Shown: positions 1-9,323 of the stretch, in pieces
Layout: each line of letters opens with the position of its first letter
Position numbering within the stretch: the stretch's first letter is position 1
Origin: Minisyncoccota bacterium
Lineage (GTDB): Bacteria > Patescibacteriota > Minisyncoccia > Phycocordibacterales > Phycocordibacteraceae
Length of the DNA stretch: 64,000 bases
Assembly: GCA_035627595.1 (NCBI GenBank)
Contig: DASPLK010000002.1
Span: 160,481 to 224,480, forward strand
Direction: 5' to 3'
Notes under the pieces: generated by a model
The model's input: only the letters and a program-made list of their open reading frames with translations
Database searches by the model: none
What the model was told of the DNA's origin: nothing
Translations under genes and position numbers: made by a program

Positions 1-364
1 TTGCAATTGAGACCTGGCCTGGAAGCTGGAAGTCAGCTGCCGTTACCTCCTTAGGTCCCTTCACCGAAAGGCGAATGGTCTGCGGTTCGTCGCCGACGAG
101 ATCGAAGTGGACGCGCTTCAAGTTAAGAAGCACTTCCATAACGGACTCGCGTACGCCCTCGATGGTTGCAAACTCATGCTGCACATCCTCAATCTTCACC
201 GAAGTGATAGCTGCGCCCGGAAGGGACGAGAGGATAATGCGGCGGAGGCTGTTTCCAAGCGTGTGACCGTACCCTGGGTACAGGGAATCAATTTCGTAGG
301 TGCCCTGTGACTCCTGTTCGGAGACAACGCGGGGCTTTGAGGGCAATGTGATGTGGTATTCCAT
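1..364 (-). CDS. rpoA: DNA-directed RNA polymerase alpha subunit, N-terminal portion. The gene starts at 364 and its 3' part is cut by the window edge.
   Basis: Manual minus-strand translation from the ATG at 362-364 gives MEYHITLPSKPRVVSEQESQGTYEIDSLYPGYGHTLGNSLRRIILSSLPGAAITSVKIEDVQHEF..., which matches the RpoA N-terminal domain. It lies directly downstream of rpsD, as in the canonical alpha operon. Confidence 0.8.
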   Translation of the reverse strand, partial: MEYHITLPSKPRVVSEQESQGTYEIDSLYPGYGHTLGNSLRRIILSSLPGAAITSVKIEDVQHEFATIEGVRESVMEVLLNLKRVHFDLVGDEPQTIRLSVKGPKEVTAADFQLPGQVSIA

Positions 365-387
365 AACTCAATCTTCGTTACCAGCTA

Positions 388-1008
388 TTAACGGCTATAG
401 AACGAGAGCACGGCACGGAGGTCACCCGCAGGTGCAGCCGAATCCTCTGTTGGTACTTCCTGTACACCACCCTCCATGGATTTCGGATTAAACGAAAGCC
501 ATGACGGAAGGGGGCGCTCCATGAAGCGTGCCTCGAACCCTTCGAAGTACGCGCGGCCCTTAGAGCCCTCGCGAACGCCGATCCTATCCTTTCCGACGAA
601 AATGCGACGGGACGGGATAGTAGTCTTGCGACCGTTGACCGTGATGTGGCCGTGCGAGACCATCTGACGCGCTGCGCGACGGGTCGGGGCAAGGCCCATA
701 CGGTAAATAACGTTATCAAGACGAAGCTCAAGCGCGCGATGAAGCACGTGCGCCGGAACCGCACCATGACTTCCCATCGCCTCCTTCACATAGGAAGCGA
801 ACTGCTTCTCCGAGATGCCGTACGTCATGCGTACCTTCTGCTTCTCGAGGAGCTGCTTGCCGAACTCGGTCGGTCCACGGCCACGGCGGCCGCGAGAACG
901 GTTCATATCCCTGCGCTCCTGCGCGACTGCAAACTTCTGGCTCATCGTCTTCTCGAAGACGGATGGGCCGAGTCGGCGGGCGATCTTGTACTTAGGTCCT
1001 ATTTTCAT
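388..1008 (-). CDS. rpsD: 30S ribosomal protein S4
   Basis: The 206-aa ORF begins MKIGPKYKIARRLG...; S4-typical sequence throughout. Confidence 0.93.
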   Translation of the reverse strand: MKIGPKYKIARRLGPSVFEKTMSQKFAVAQERRDMNRSRGRRGRGPTEFGKQLLEKQKVRMTYGISEKQFASYVKEAMGSHGAVPAHVLHRALELRLDNVIYRMGLAPTRRAARQMVSHGHITVNGRKTTIPSRRIFVGKDRIGVREGSKGRAYFEGFEARFMERPLPSWLSFNPKSMEGGVQEVPTEDSAAPAGDLRAVLSFYSR

Positions 1009-1028
1009 ATTCGTTGCATTACCGGCGA

Positions 1029-1463
1029 TTAGACGCGGCGGGGCTTAGGCGGGCGTGGGCCGTTGTGCGGAACCGGGGTCGCATCCTTAATCGCACGGAT
1101 AGCGATGCCCTTGCCGGCAAACGCGCGAAGTGCGGACTCACGTCCTGCACCAACGCCACGGATAATGACGGATGCCTCCTTGAGGCCAATGATAGCGGCC
1201 TTCTCGCCAAGGAGTTCACCTACCTTTGCGGCTGCATACGGAGTGCTCTTGCGAGCGCCAGAGAAACCAAGTGCTCCTGCAGAGGAGGACATGACGGCGT
1301 TGCCCTTCTCATCAGTAAGGACAGCCTTAGTGTTGTTGAAGGTAGCCTCCACGTGAAGGATGCCACGCTCAATGCGCTTCTTAGAAGCCTTCGAAAGCGC
1401 GCGCTCCTTGCGGCCCTGATCGAGACCCTTTCCTGACTTTTTGATGATTCGTTTCTTTCCCAT
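1029..1463 (-). CDS. rpsK: 30S ribosomal protein S11
   Basis: The 144-aa ORF has an S11 core (…SSAGALGFSGARKSTPYAAAKVGE…GKGIAIRAIKDATPVPHNG…) plus a basic N-terminal extension. Confidence 0.92.
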   Translation of the reverse strand: MGKKRIIKKSGKGLDQGRKERALSKASKKRIERGILHVEATFNNTKAVLTDEKGNAVMSSSAGALGFSGARKSTPYAAAKVGELLGEKAAIIGLKEASVIIRGVGAGRESALRAFAGKGIAIRAIKDATPVPHNGPRPPKPRRV

Positions 1464-1488
1464 ACGTAATTAGATTAGATAGTCAGGA

Positions 1489-1869
1489 CTAGGTCTTCTC
1501 AAGGGTACGGCGACCGCTACCCATCGTCTTACGGGTGTTTCCACGGACGGTGCGGGAGTTGGTCTTCGTGCGCTGACCCTTAACCGGAAGACGGCGCTCA
1601 TGACGAATACCACGCTCGGCGCGGATGTCCTTAAGGCGCTTTATGTTCTGCGACACTTCGCGGCGGAGTTCACCCTCGATGGTGTACGCCTCAGCAAGAG
1701 TACGGATAGCCTGCTCCTGTTCAGGAGAAAGGTCCGAGCCCTTAGTAGTCGGGTCGATCTTAGCTTCTTTCAAAATATCTAGGGCACGGGTAGGACCAAT
1801 GCCGTAGATCATAGGTAGCGAGTACGCTAGCTGCTTGTTATCAGGAATCGTAACACCAGAGATACGCAT
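1489..1869 (-). CDS. rpsM: 30S ribosomal protein S13
   Basis: The 126-aa ORF begins MRISGVTIPDNKQLAYSLPMIYGIGPTRA…, an S13 signature. Confidence 0.93.
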   Translation of the reverse strand: MRISGVTIPDNKQLAYSLPMIYGIGPTRALDILKEAKIDPTTKGSDLSPEQEQAIRTLAEAYTIEGELRREVSQNIKRLKDIRAERGIRHERRLPVKGQRTKTNSRTVRGNTRKTMGSGRRTLEKT

Positions 1870-1918
1870 AAAAGATTAAGTTTTAATCCTTAAGTTTCCT
1901 TAAGAATGACAGAGCCTA

Positions 1919-2035
1919 TTAGCCCTGACGCGCCTTACGGCGAGGATTGCGCTTGTTAATGCGGTACAGCGTGCCACCACGGCGGACAATGATGTCGCCT
2001 GGCTGCTGAACCTTTACGGATGCGCGGACTTTCAT
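1919..2035 (-). CDS. rpmJ: 50S ribosomal protein L36
   Basis: Manual minus-strand translation gives [38 protein letters not shown] (38 aa). It sits between rpsM and infA and was below the ORF-track length cutoff. Confidence 0.88.
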   Translation of the reverse strand: MKVRASVKVQQPGDIIVRRGGTLYRINKRNPRRKARQG

Positions 2036-2050
2036 TTGGTTGTGTAAGTT

Positions 2051-2269
2051 TTAGCTAAGACGCCTCACAATGCGCGCACGGCCACCATAGGGATCGGTCA
2101 CGAGTTCGACCTTATCACCAACGAGGACGCGGATGCGGTGCAATCGCATCTTCCCTGCAAGGTATGCAAGCAAGAGTTCACCGGATTCAAGACGAACGCG
2201 GAACAGCGAGTTAGGCAATACCTCTTCGACAGCGCCTGTCGCGTTTTCGTTCGTGTTTGATTCCGCCAT
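2051..2269 (-). CDS. infA: Translation initiation factor IF-1. The start is taken at an internal Met of the 86-aa ORF.
   Basis: MAESNTNENATGAVEEVLPNSLFRVRLESGELLLAYLAGKMRLHRIRVLVGDKVELVTDPYGGRARIVRRLS (72 aa) is an S1-like IF-1 fold sequence. Confidence 0.88.
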   Translation of the reverse strand: MAESNTNENATGAVEEVLPNSLFRVRLESGELLLAYLAGKMRLHRIRVLVGDKVELVTDPYGGRARIVRRLS

Positions 2270-2323
2270 GTGAAGCTTCGCTATAGTAACAAATAGCGGG
2301 AAGAGCGTCAACCAACGTCTGGC

Positions 2324-3604
2324 TTATTCTGTGGGTTCTGCAGCCTTAACCTCGACCGTGACCTTATCGGGGTCCTGTGGGAAGGTCTGGCTCCAGAACG
2401 GACGGAGTACCAGAAGGGCCTTATCGACCTCTGGGAAGCCAGAAAGTAGTACCTGGGCGCTCTCACGGCTCTTACCGGCGACTGCTCCAGCGATGCGAGC
2501 CTCATCTATGTCCCAGGTAATGGTGGCATTGCCAGCGAGGCTGAAGCCGTAGGTCTCGGCTGCGCCTGGAGCGCCTGAAATGGTCGGCGTGAGGGTGAGG
2601 TTGTCGGTAGAGGTGAGGCGCACCGGCTGGCCCGAATACGTACCAACCACCTGGTATGCGATCGCCTTAGCAAGTGCGTCATTAGGGAATACGACAGCAG
2701 TCATAATGCCGCGCATTTTTACATCAACGTTGTTCCCCTGCCCTGCTGTGTCTGGGAGTGGTTCGTAGGTAACGGTGGATGCGCCCGGAAGAAGGATGTA
2801 ACCCTCAGGCATTGCCTCCTGCATTGCTGTCTGAAGCTCGGTAGCAAGCGCTGCCTCAAGTCCTGCTGCCTGCGCTTCACGCGTAGTCTCAGAGACTGCT
2901 GGTCGGTTACCCGAGAAGCCGCCGGTCATGGCAGTAGTGCTCTTTGCGTAGACGAGGTCGAACGCACGGGAGCCCTCAAGGCCCGGCACGGTGAAATCAG
3001 ACGGGCCGATGTTGTAACGCTCGCCGCCTTCGTCTGCGTATACGGTCGCAGTAACGGAACCAGGCGCGTTCTCGGTACCCGCTGGAATGACAACAGATTC
3101 CCTGATGCGGAAGACAAGGCCTGCCGGAGTCTGGAAGCGCGTGTTCTTAATAAGCTCCTGTGGAGTGGTCTGTGCGTTGTAGATGGTGATAGTTCCCTGA
3201 GCCGGGTCGTTCGCGTCCTCGGTTGTCTCAGCGGGGACAGACTTAATGGCAGTCTTGTCGACGGTCACAACCTCGAACGGTAGCTCGCCAGTGGCACGCG
3301 TTGCTGAAAATTCGCCTGAGACATACGCCACGTTCGTGGTCGGAGTAATCTCAACCTTGGCGCCGGAGAATGCAAATAGGACACCTGCACTTATCGCCAC
3401 AACGAGGAGGGCGATGAGCGCAGTCCCGTACGGGAAACGGCGGCCGCCGCGGGGACGAGGAGCGGTGGGCCTTGAAGGAGGCGGAGTGAATGGCGGCGGG
3501 GTCGTAGTCTCTTCGGTACGTACAAAATGATCCTGGGACTCTGCTTGCTCCTGCATCTGGCGACGGCGCGACGGCGGGATGATGTCGTTTAATGTTCTTG
3601 GCAT
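2324..3604 (-). CDS. Hypothetical membrane-anchored protein with a Pro-rich cytoplasmic N-terminus, one TM helix and a large extracytoplasmic Thr/Ala/Gly-rich domain.
   Basis: 426-aa ORF with a TM segment LIALLVVAISAGVLFAF and no recognisable catalytic motif. It sits where map/adk/secY normally lie upstream of infA. Confidence 0.5.
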   Translation of the reverse strand: MPRTLNDIIPPSRRRQMQEQAESQDHFVRTEETTTPPPFTPPPSRPTAPRPRGGRRFPYGTALIALLVVAISAGVLFAFSGAKVEITPTTNVAYVSGEFSATRATGELPFEVVTVDKTAIKSVPAETTEDANDPAQGTITIYNAQTTPQELIKNTRFQTPAGLVFRIRESVVIPAGTENAPGSVTATVYADEGGERYNIGPSDFTVPGLEGSRAFDLVYAKSTTAMTGGFSGNRPAVSETTREAQAAGLEAALATELQTAMQEAMPEGYILLPGASTVTYEPLPDTAGQGNNVDVKMRGIMTAVVFPNDALAKAIAYQVVGTYSGQPVRLTSTDNLTLTPTISGAPGAAETYGFSLAGNATITWDIDEARIAGAVAGKSRESAQVLLSGFPEVDKALLVLRPFWSQTFPQDPDKVTVEVKAAEPTE

Positions 3605-3725
3605 AGGAACCTCGTTTCCTAAAGGATAATGGGGTTCAGTATACCACTGGGCACATTTGGGTAGAGTCGGCGTGGGTATAGCAATGGAAAAGGCCCCGTT
3701 CCTTGCGGAACGGGGCCTTGGAGGC

Positions 3726-4175
3726 CTAGGCCTCGGCTTCCCTGCGCACGACGCGCCAGGGGAACCAGTCGCAGACCAGAGCGGTGGCGATCGTGATCGG
3801 CAGGCAAAACAGAAGGAGCGCGAGGAAGAGCTCGACGATCTCCGACATGTCCTGAGTGAACAGCATGTCGAATCCGATCAGGCCACCGATCAGGCCGACA
3901 GATATGCCGACCAAAGCCCATGTGGATCTGACAGCTCCGTACGTACGGGAGAAGAACAGGACCCAGCAGTTGAAGATCGCCAGGAAGCCCAAAGCGATCA
4001 CGCCGAATGATGGCACGATCACCGAGTAACCTGTCGTATTCAGGAGGACCATAAGCGGCTCAAGAAAGTACGCCAGGACCAGTGACGCGATCGCGGCGAG
4101 GAAAATGAACAAGCGCATTTCAAATCTCCCAATGGCTGTGTGGGAGATATTGCGTAAAAAACGAAGAGTTGTCAA
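3726..4175 (-). CDS. Hypothetical integral membrane protein (about 4 TM helices).
   Basis: 149-aa hydrophobic ORF, tightly packed (3-nt gap) with the actin-like gene upstream. Confidence 0.45.
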   Translation of the reverse strand: MTTLRFLRNISHTAIGRFEMRLFIFLAAIASLVLAYFLEPLMVLLNTTGYSVIVPSFGVIALGFLAIFNCWVLFFSRTYGAVRSTWALVGISVGLIGGLIGFDMLFTQDMSEIVELFLALLLFCLPITIATALVCDWFPWRVVRREAEA

Positions 4176-4177
4176 CT

Positions 4178-5305
4178 CTACAGTGACTGCTTGTTGGAGT
4201 AGAGCGCCATCATTGCTAAAAATAGGTCACCTTCCGCTGCACCCTTCGTCTTCACGTGCTGCGCTATGTGCTTCTCTGAAAGCGTAATGACTGTCAGTGG
4301 CTCATCGGAAAGCCAGAGAGAATGTACTTTCGGTGTATCTATAACCCGCTCAAGGAATCCGCGCGCCTGTTCGTCAGCAAGAAGGAATATCGTTCGCGGA
4401 AGCGCATGTCGCGTTGAAAATGATTTGAGTGCATCGGTAATGCCGCAAAGCCAATCCTCTTCCATCTTCCCTACAAGCTGTGCAAACCGTGCGTTGCGAC
4501 CAGTATCAATGACGCCCGCGCTTCCTTCGGTAATAGTGGTGTGACCGCGGGAAATAGCGTCCAGAAGTGCATTAGTGCCCTGCGGGACACTCGCCACATC
4601 GGCGAGAAGCCCTCGCTTCACGAAAGCAAGGTCGGTTGCCTCCCCCTCAACGTCAATAATAAGGAAATCCTTCTCGTGCGGATACATGTCGCGTATAACG
4701 GCGTATGAAAGAGGCGCGAATGCGGTGAGGGATACCTCATGGGCATGAAATACTTTTCGGAGGGCGCGTTCGATATTCTGTGCAATTGCTTCTTCAAGCG
4801 AGGAGGAAAGAATGACTAGATCAGCACGTTTCGTCCTTTTTCCAAACGGATCGTTCACCTCATATCCGTTTAAGATAGTGGCAATGACGGAGTTCTGACA
4901 ACGCGTGCGTCCTTTGGTGTCTATTTCGCACTTCCCCGCAATGTCGTCCAAAAGACTGTGTGTGAATGTAAACGGCTTCTCCTCTTCCTTGGAGCCAACA
5001 AGTATCTTCGTGTCCTGCCAGGGCGCCGCCACAGAAGCGACGACTGAATCGATATGCGCGCTCCCAGTCTCTTGCCGGAGTAAGGGTGCGCCATGCGTAA
5101 TAAGTATGTTTCCGAGCACCTCTAGTGCGCGCAGCATCGAAGTATCCGGCGCTTCGCCTTCACGAACCTCTATTGGTACGCGTGCGGTGTAGTAGATGGA
5201 TGGAGAAGAAAGTGCCTCGAAATGCGCGAATGCGCCTCCGACAGAACCGGAGCCGATATCGATAAGTGCGACCGAGCGTCGCTCAGGCTTCTTGAAAAGG
5301 CCCAT
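4178..5305 (-). CDS. Actin-like ATPase of the ASKHA fold (FtsA/PilM/EutJ-like).
   Basis: 375 aa with an N-terminal phosphate-1-like LIDIGSGSVGG and a phosphate-2-like LIIDVEGEATDLAFV. Which subfamily it belongs to is not resolved. Confidence 0.5.
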   Translation of the reverse strand: MGLFKKPERRSVALIDIGSGSVGGAFAHFEALSSPSIYYTARVPIEVREGEAPDTSMLRALEVLGNILITHGAPLLRQETGSAHIDSVVASVAAPWQDTKILVGSKEEEKPFTFTHSLLDDIAGKCEIDTKGRTRCQNSVIATILNGYEVNDPFGKRTKRADLVILSSSLEEAIAQNIERALRKVFHAHEVSLTAFAPLSYAVIRDMYPHEKDFLIIDVEGEATDLAFVKRGLLADVASVPQGTNALLDAISRGHTTITEGSAGVIDTGRNARFAQLVGKMEEDWLCGITDALKSFSTRHALPRTIFLLADEQARGFLERVIDTPKVHSLWLSDEPLTVITLSEKHIAQHVKTKGAAEGDLFLAMMALYSNKQSL

Positions 5306-5326
5306 TGCAAAGAGTATACCCTAGCG

Positions 5327-7267
5327 CTATACGAGTATTCCCTTAATGCGTCGCACACCTGCGGACACTGCTTCTTCCTTCTGTATCTTGAATACTTTCT
5401 TCTTCTCACCTTCCCGGAGCTCAAGCGTATGCGCTGCGTGCGGGCCGCCGCAGAACTCTAGTGAGAATGTTTCAGCGAGCTTTGGATCCGCTTCAGTCGC
5501 ACCAATGGGTCCTATGGAGTACACCGTAACAGTGTCAGCGTACTTAACACCGAATTCCATCTGCGCACCAAGGCGTTCTGCCTCGGTCTTCGCCATGACG
5601 AGCCGGATAACTGGTAGGTCCTCATTAATCTTCTGGTTCACAAGGTCCTCTACCTCCGCTATCTCCTCAGGCGTCATTTTTCTATCGAACGAGAAGTCGA
5701 TACGGAGCCTTTCAGACGTAATATTGGAACCGCGCTGCTTAACCTCAGGGCCAAGCACGTTCTGAAGCGCTGCTAAGAGAAGATGATGCGCGGTGTGGTA
5801 TCTGACCGTTTGTTCTTGGTGGTCGGCGAGACCGCCTGCGAACTTCTGGGCGGCACCAGCGCGCGATTTATCCTGGTGCTCCTTCATCTTTTGATCGAAT
5901 GCTGCGCGGTCGAGCATAAGTCCGCGCTCCTTGGCGAGCTCCTCGGTTAGTTCTACGGGGAATCCGAATGAGGTGAATAGCACGAACGCCTGATCGCCTG
6001 ATACGTCTCCCTTTCTTGAGATCTTCTCGAACTCTTTCATGCCCTGCTGAAGAGTCTTTCGGAACTTCTCTTCTTCCTTGCCAATCTCCTCGCGTATGAA
6101 CGCAGCGTTCTCCGTAATGTGCGGGTACTGGTCGCCATAGTAGGAGGCAAAACCTTCGATTACCTCGACCAGAAGCGCTTCCTTGATGCCAAGTTTGTCC
6201 GCTTCGCGGATGGAGCGACGGATGAGACGGCGAAGCACGTATCCTGCCTCGGTATTGGACGGGCGAACACCTTCAGCGAGTATGAACGCAGCTGCACGCA
6301 TGTGATCCATAATGATACGGAACGAGCGGGTCGTCTCTTCATCCTCCCCGTATTTCTTCTGGGAGCGGTTCTCGATGATCGCGCGCGCAGGTGCAAACAC
6401 ATCTATAAGGAATACATCCGGGGTGCCCAGCGTCGCGAACACGAGACGCTCAAGGCCACCGCCAAAGTCGACGTTCTGCTTAGGCAAGGGTGCAAACGAG
6501 CCGTCTTCCTGCTTCAGGAACTGCATGAACACAGAGTTCGCGATTTCAACGAAACGCCCGCAGTCGCAATTCGGATGACAGTGTGCGCCCCACTTCGTGT
6601 CGTGCGGCAATCCAAAGTCGTAGAAGACTTCGGAATCCGGGCCGCCAGGTTCCCCCGCGGGCATGTTGCTCGGTACGCCCGCCCTACTCCACCAGTTCTT
6701 CTTTGCGTCATATGCAAAGATGCGCTCATTCTCCTGCATGCCCTTCTCGTACCCGGCCTCCTCGCTCCCTATATTTGAGAACTCGGCATCTACGCCCTTA
6801 CTCTTGAAAAGTTCCTTCCACATTTCAACAGCCTCCATGTCGGCATCCATTCCTGTTGATTCATCGCCGGCGAAGACGGTGACATAAAGCTTGGAGGGAT
6901 CGAGGTTGAGTCCCTCTGTAGAGGTGAGAAACTCGAACACCCACGGGAGCTGCTCCTTCTTGAAGTACTCGCCTAAGGACCAGTTGCCGAGCATCTCGAA
7001 GAACGTGGTGTGGCGGTTGTCTCCCACCTCCTCGATGTCGCCTGCTCTAAAGCATAGCTGCGAGTCCGTAAGGCGCGTGCCTTCTGGGTGCTCTTGCCCG
7101 AGGAGATACGGAATAAGAGGTTGCATGCCGCTTGAGGTGAAGAGCGTCGTCGGGTCGTTGCCCGGCACAATAGGAGCCGATGGTATCTCAGCATGGCCGC
7201 GCGCCTTATAGAATTCCAAAAATCGCCTGCGTACATCAGAAAGGGTCATAGATACTGACGATACCAT
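5327..7267 (-). CDS. alaS: Alanyl-tRNA synthetase, short form with catalytic and editing domains but no C-terminal C-Ala/oligomerisation region.
   Basis: 646 aa; N-terminus …RRRFLEFYKARGHAEIPSAPIVPGNDPTTLFTSSGMQPL… and editing-domain HTAHHLLLAALQNVLG. Confidence 0.9.
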   Translation of the reverse strand: MVSSVSMTLSDVRRRFLEFYKARGHAEIPSAPIVPGNDPTTLFTSSGMQPLIPYLLGQEHPEGTRLTDSQLCFRAGDIEEVGDNRHTTFFEMLGNWSLGEYFKKEQLPWVFEFLTSTEGLNLDPSKLYVTVFAGDESTGMDADMEAVEMWKELFKSKGVDAEFSNIGSEEAGYEKGMQENERIFAYDAKKNWWSRAGVPSNMPAGEPGGPDSEVFYDFGLPHDTKWGAHCHPNCDCGRFVEIANSVFMQFLKQEDGSFAPLPKQNVDFGGGLERLVFATLGTPDVFLIDVFAPARAIIENRSQKKYGEDEETTRSFRIIMDHMRAAAFILAEGVRPSNTEAGYVLRRLIRRSIREADKLGIKEALLVEVIEGFASYYGDQYPHITENAAFIREEIGKEEEKFRKTLQQGMKEFEKISRKGDVSGDQAFVLFTSFGFPVELTEELAKERGLMLDRAAFDQKMKEHQDKSRAGAAQKFAGGLADHQEQTVRYHTAHHLLLAALQNVLGPEVKQRGSNITSERLRIDFSFDRKMTPEEIAEVEDLVNQKINEDLPVIRLVMAKTEAERLGAQMEFGVKYADTVTVYSIGPIGATEADPKLAETFSLEFCGGPHAAHTLELREGEKKKVFKIQKEEAVSAGVRRIKGILV

Positions 7268-7326
7268 GCAAATGCGTTGTATTTAAAGGTGCGCCTGCCC
7301 CGTCTACTCTGTATACTCAAAACACT

Positions 7327-9288
7327 ATGCCTAAACACTCATGGGGATTTGATACCAGTTTTATTGATACGAGCATTCGCCCACAGGACGACTTCTATCA
7401 TTACGCTATAGGCAACTGGCTAAAGTCTACTGAGATTCCCAAGGATGAGTCACGCTGGGGTTCGTTCATCATTCTCCGGCACAGGACAGATCTCCAGGTC
7501 AGGAAGCTCATCAATGAACTACTCGAAAAGAAGTCCCTTCCGCAGGGCTCTTCCGAGCAGCTCATCCGCGACCTGTATCTCTCGGGCGTGGACATAAAGC
7601 GCAGGAACGAACTTGATATCGCGCCACTTGAAAGCTGGCGTAAGCGCATACAGAGGGTGCGCACCGTAGAAGATCTCAAGAAGCTCATCTATGCGTTCCA
7701 TCTTGAAGGGATTAGCGGCCCCTGGGGCTATGCGGTCGATCAAGATATGAAAGATAGCGAGCGCTATGTCGTATATCTTTATCAGTCAGGTCTCGGCATG
7801 CCAGACCGTGACTACTATGTCTTAAATGGCGAGGAGCAAAAGCGTGTCCGAGAGGCGTACGTTCCGCATATAGAGCGTCTTCTGAAGCTCGCAGGCTACA
7901 GCAAGGGTGACGCAAGTGCAGCGGCTACGACCATCATGCGTATCGAGACACGGCTCGCCAAGGCTTCCATGACGCGTGAGGATGCTCGCGACAGCGAGAA
8001 AACGTACCACAAGCACACGCTTCCAATGCTCAAGAAGCTCGCCCCATCGTTCGACTGGCAGACATATTTCAAGACCATCAAGGCGGACGTGAAGGACGTG
8101 ATTGTCATGCAGCCGGACTTCCTGAAAGAAGTCGATCAAATGATGCATAGCGTCTCGCTTGAAGATTGGAAGACGTATCTTGATTTCCATGTCGTTAACG
8201 ATCATGCGGGGTATCTCTCAAGCAGATTTGTAAAGGAGAACTTCGCCTTCTACGGCACCGTCCTTTCAGGCACCAAGGTGATGAAGCCCCTCTGGCGTCG
8301 CATACTCAGTGTCGTTGACGGAACGCTCGGCGAGCCTCTCGGCCGTATATACGTAGAACGATACTTCCCACAGGAAGCCAAGGACAAGGTGAATGCCATA
8401 GTCGACGATCTCGTAGTCGCCTGTGAGGCACGTATCAAGCAATTGGAATGGATGAGCGGCGCGACTAAGAAAAAGGCGCTCGTGAAGCTCGCGCTTCTCC
8501 AGAGAAAGCTTGCGTATCCGGATAAGTGGCGCTCGTACAAGAGTCTGCGTATAGAAAAAGATGACTACCTTGGCAACCTCAATCGCATACATGCGCATGA
8601 GCACAATCGCGTAATGCGCCGACTCACTAAGCCTGTCGATCGGACGGAGTGGTTCATGAACCCGCACGAAGTGAATGCGTACTGCAACTTCACTATGAAC
8701 GAGATTGTTTTCCCTGCTGGCATTCTTCAGCACCCGTTCTTCGTCTATGGCGCAGACGATGCGGTTAACTACGGCGGCATGGGTGTTGTCATCGGGCATG
8801 AGATAACGCACCTCTTCGACAATCAGGGCGCCAAATATGATGCCAAGGGCAATCTCAAGAATTGGTGGCTGCCGGAAGACAAGAAACAGTTCGAGGCACG
8901 GGGCAAAGTGCTTGAGAAGCAGTTCGATGCCTACGACTACCACGGCCTTCCGGTCAAAGGAAAGCTCACGCTTGGCGAAAACATAGCTGACTTTGCGGGT
9001 CTTACCATTGCGTTTGAGGCATACCAGATGCAGCTTGCGCGCACGGGCAGGAAGGACTTCGACGGCTTTACGCCTGAGCAGCGCTTCTTCCTTGCGTACG
9101 CGCAAACGGAACATGAGATTGAGCGTCCGGAGGCTGCGAAGCTTCGCGTACTCACCAACGAGCACGCGCCCTCGATATGGCGCGTGAATGGTCCAGTGGT
9201 GAATATGCCTGAGTTCTACAAAGCGTGGGACGTGAAGAAGGGCGACAAGCTATACCTACCGCCTTCTAAACAAGCGAGGATTTGGTAA
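7327..9288 (+). CDS. pepO: M13 family zinc metallopeptidase (PepO/neprilysin-like endopeptidase).
   Basis: 653 aa with the HEITHLFD (HExxH) motif and the downstream GENIADFAGL (ENxADxGG) motif. Confidence 0.88.
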   Translation: MPKHSWGFDTSFIDTSIRPQDDFYHYAIGNWLKSTEIPKDESRWGSFIILRHRTDLQVRKLINELLEKKSLPQGSSEQLIRDLYLSGVDIKRRNELDIAPLESWRKRIQRVRTVEDLKKLIYAFHLEGISGPWGYAVDQDMKDSERYVVYLYQSGLGMPDRDYYVLNGEEQKRVREAYVPHIERLLKLAGYSKGDASAAATTIMRIETRLAKASMTREDARDSEKTYHKHTLPMLKKLAPSFDWQTYFKTIKADVKDVIVMQPDFLKEVDQMMHSVSLEDWKTYLDFHVVNDHAGYLSSRFVKENFAFYGTVLSGTKVMKPLWRRILSVVDGTLGEPLGRIYVERYFPQEAKDKVNAIVDDLVVACEARIKQLEWMSGATKKKALVKLALLQRKLAYPDKWRSYKSLRIEKDDYLGNLNRIHAHEHNRVMRRLTKPVDRTEWFMNPHEVNAYCNFTMNEIVFPAGILQHPFFVYGADDAVNYGGMGVVIGHEITHLFDNQGAKYDAKGNLKNWWLPEDKKQFEARGKVLEKQFDAYDYHGLPVKGKLTLGENIADFAGLTIAFEAYQMQLARTGRKDFDGFTPEQRFFLAYAQTEHEIERPEAAKLRVLTNEHAPSIWRVNGPVVNMPEFYKAWDVKKGDKLYLPPSKQARIW

Positions 9289-9295
9289 CAGGAAA

Positions 9296-9323
9296 GGGCC
9301 GCGCATGCGCGGCCCTCTTGTTT
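9296..9323 (+). terminator. Rho-independent terminator after pepO; also positioned to stop the convergent minus-strand gene.
   Basis: Perfect palindrome gggccgcgcatgcgcggccc followed by tcttgttt. Confidence 0.6.

Noticed and set aside
6119-6778. 219-aa plus-strand ORF.
   Set aside because: It is antisense inside the well-supported alaS gene.
7268-7326. Divergent promoter between alaS and pepO.
   Set aside because: TATACT-like and TTGTAT hexamers are present, but the spacing is not canonical, so no confident promoter call is made.
8266-9165. 299-aa minus-strand ORF.
   Set aside because: It is antisense inside pepO and has no recognisable motifs.
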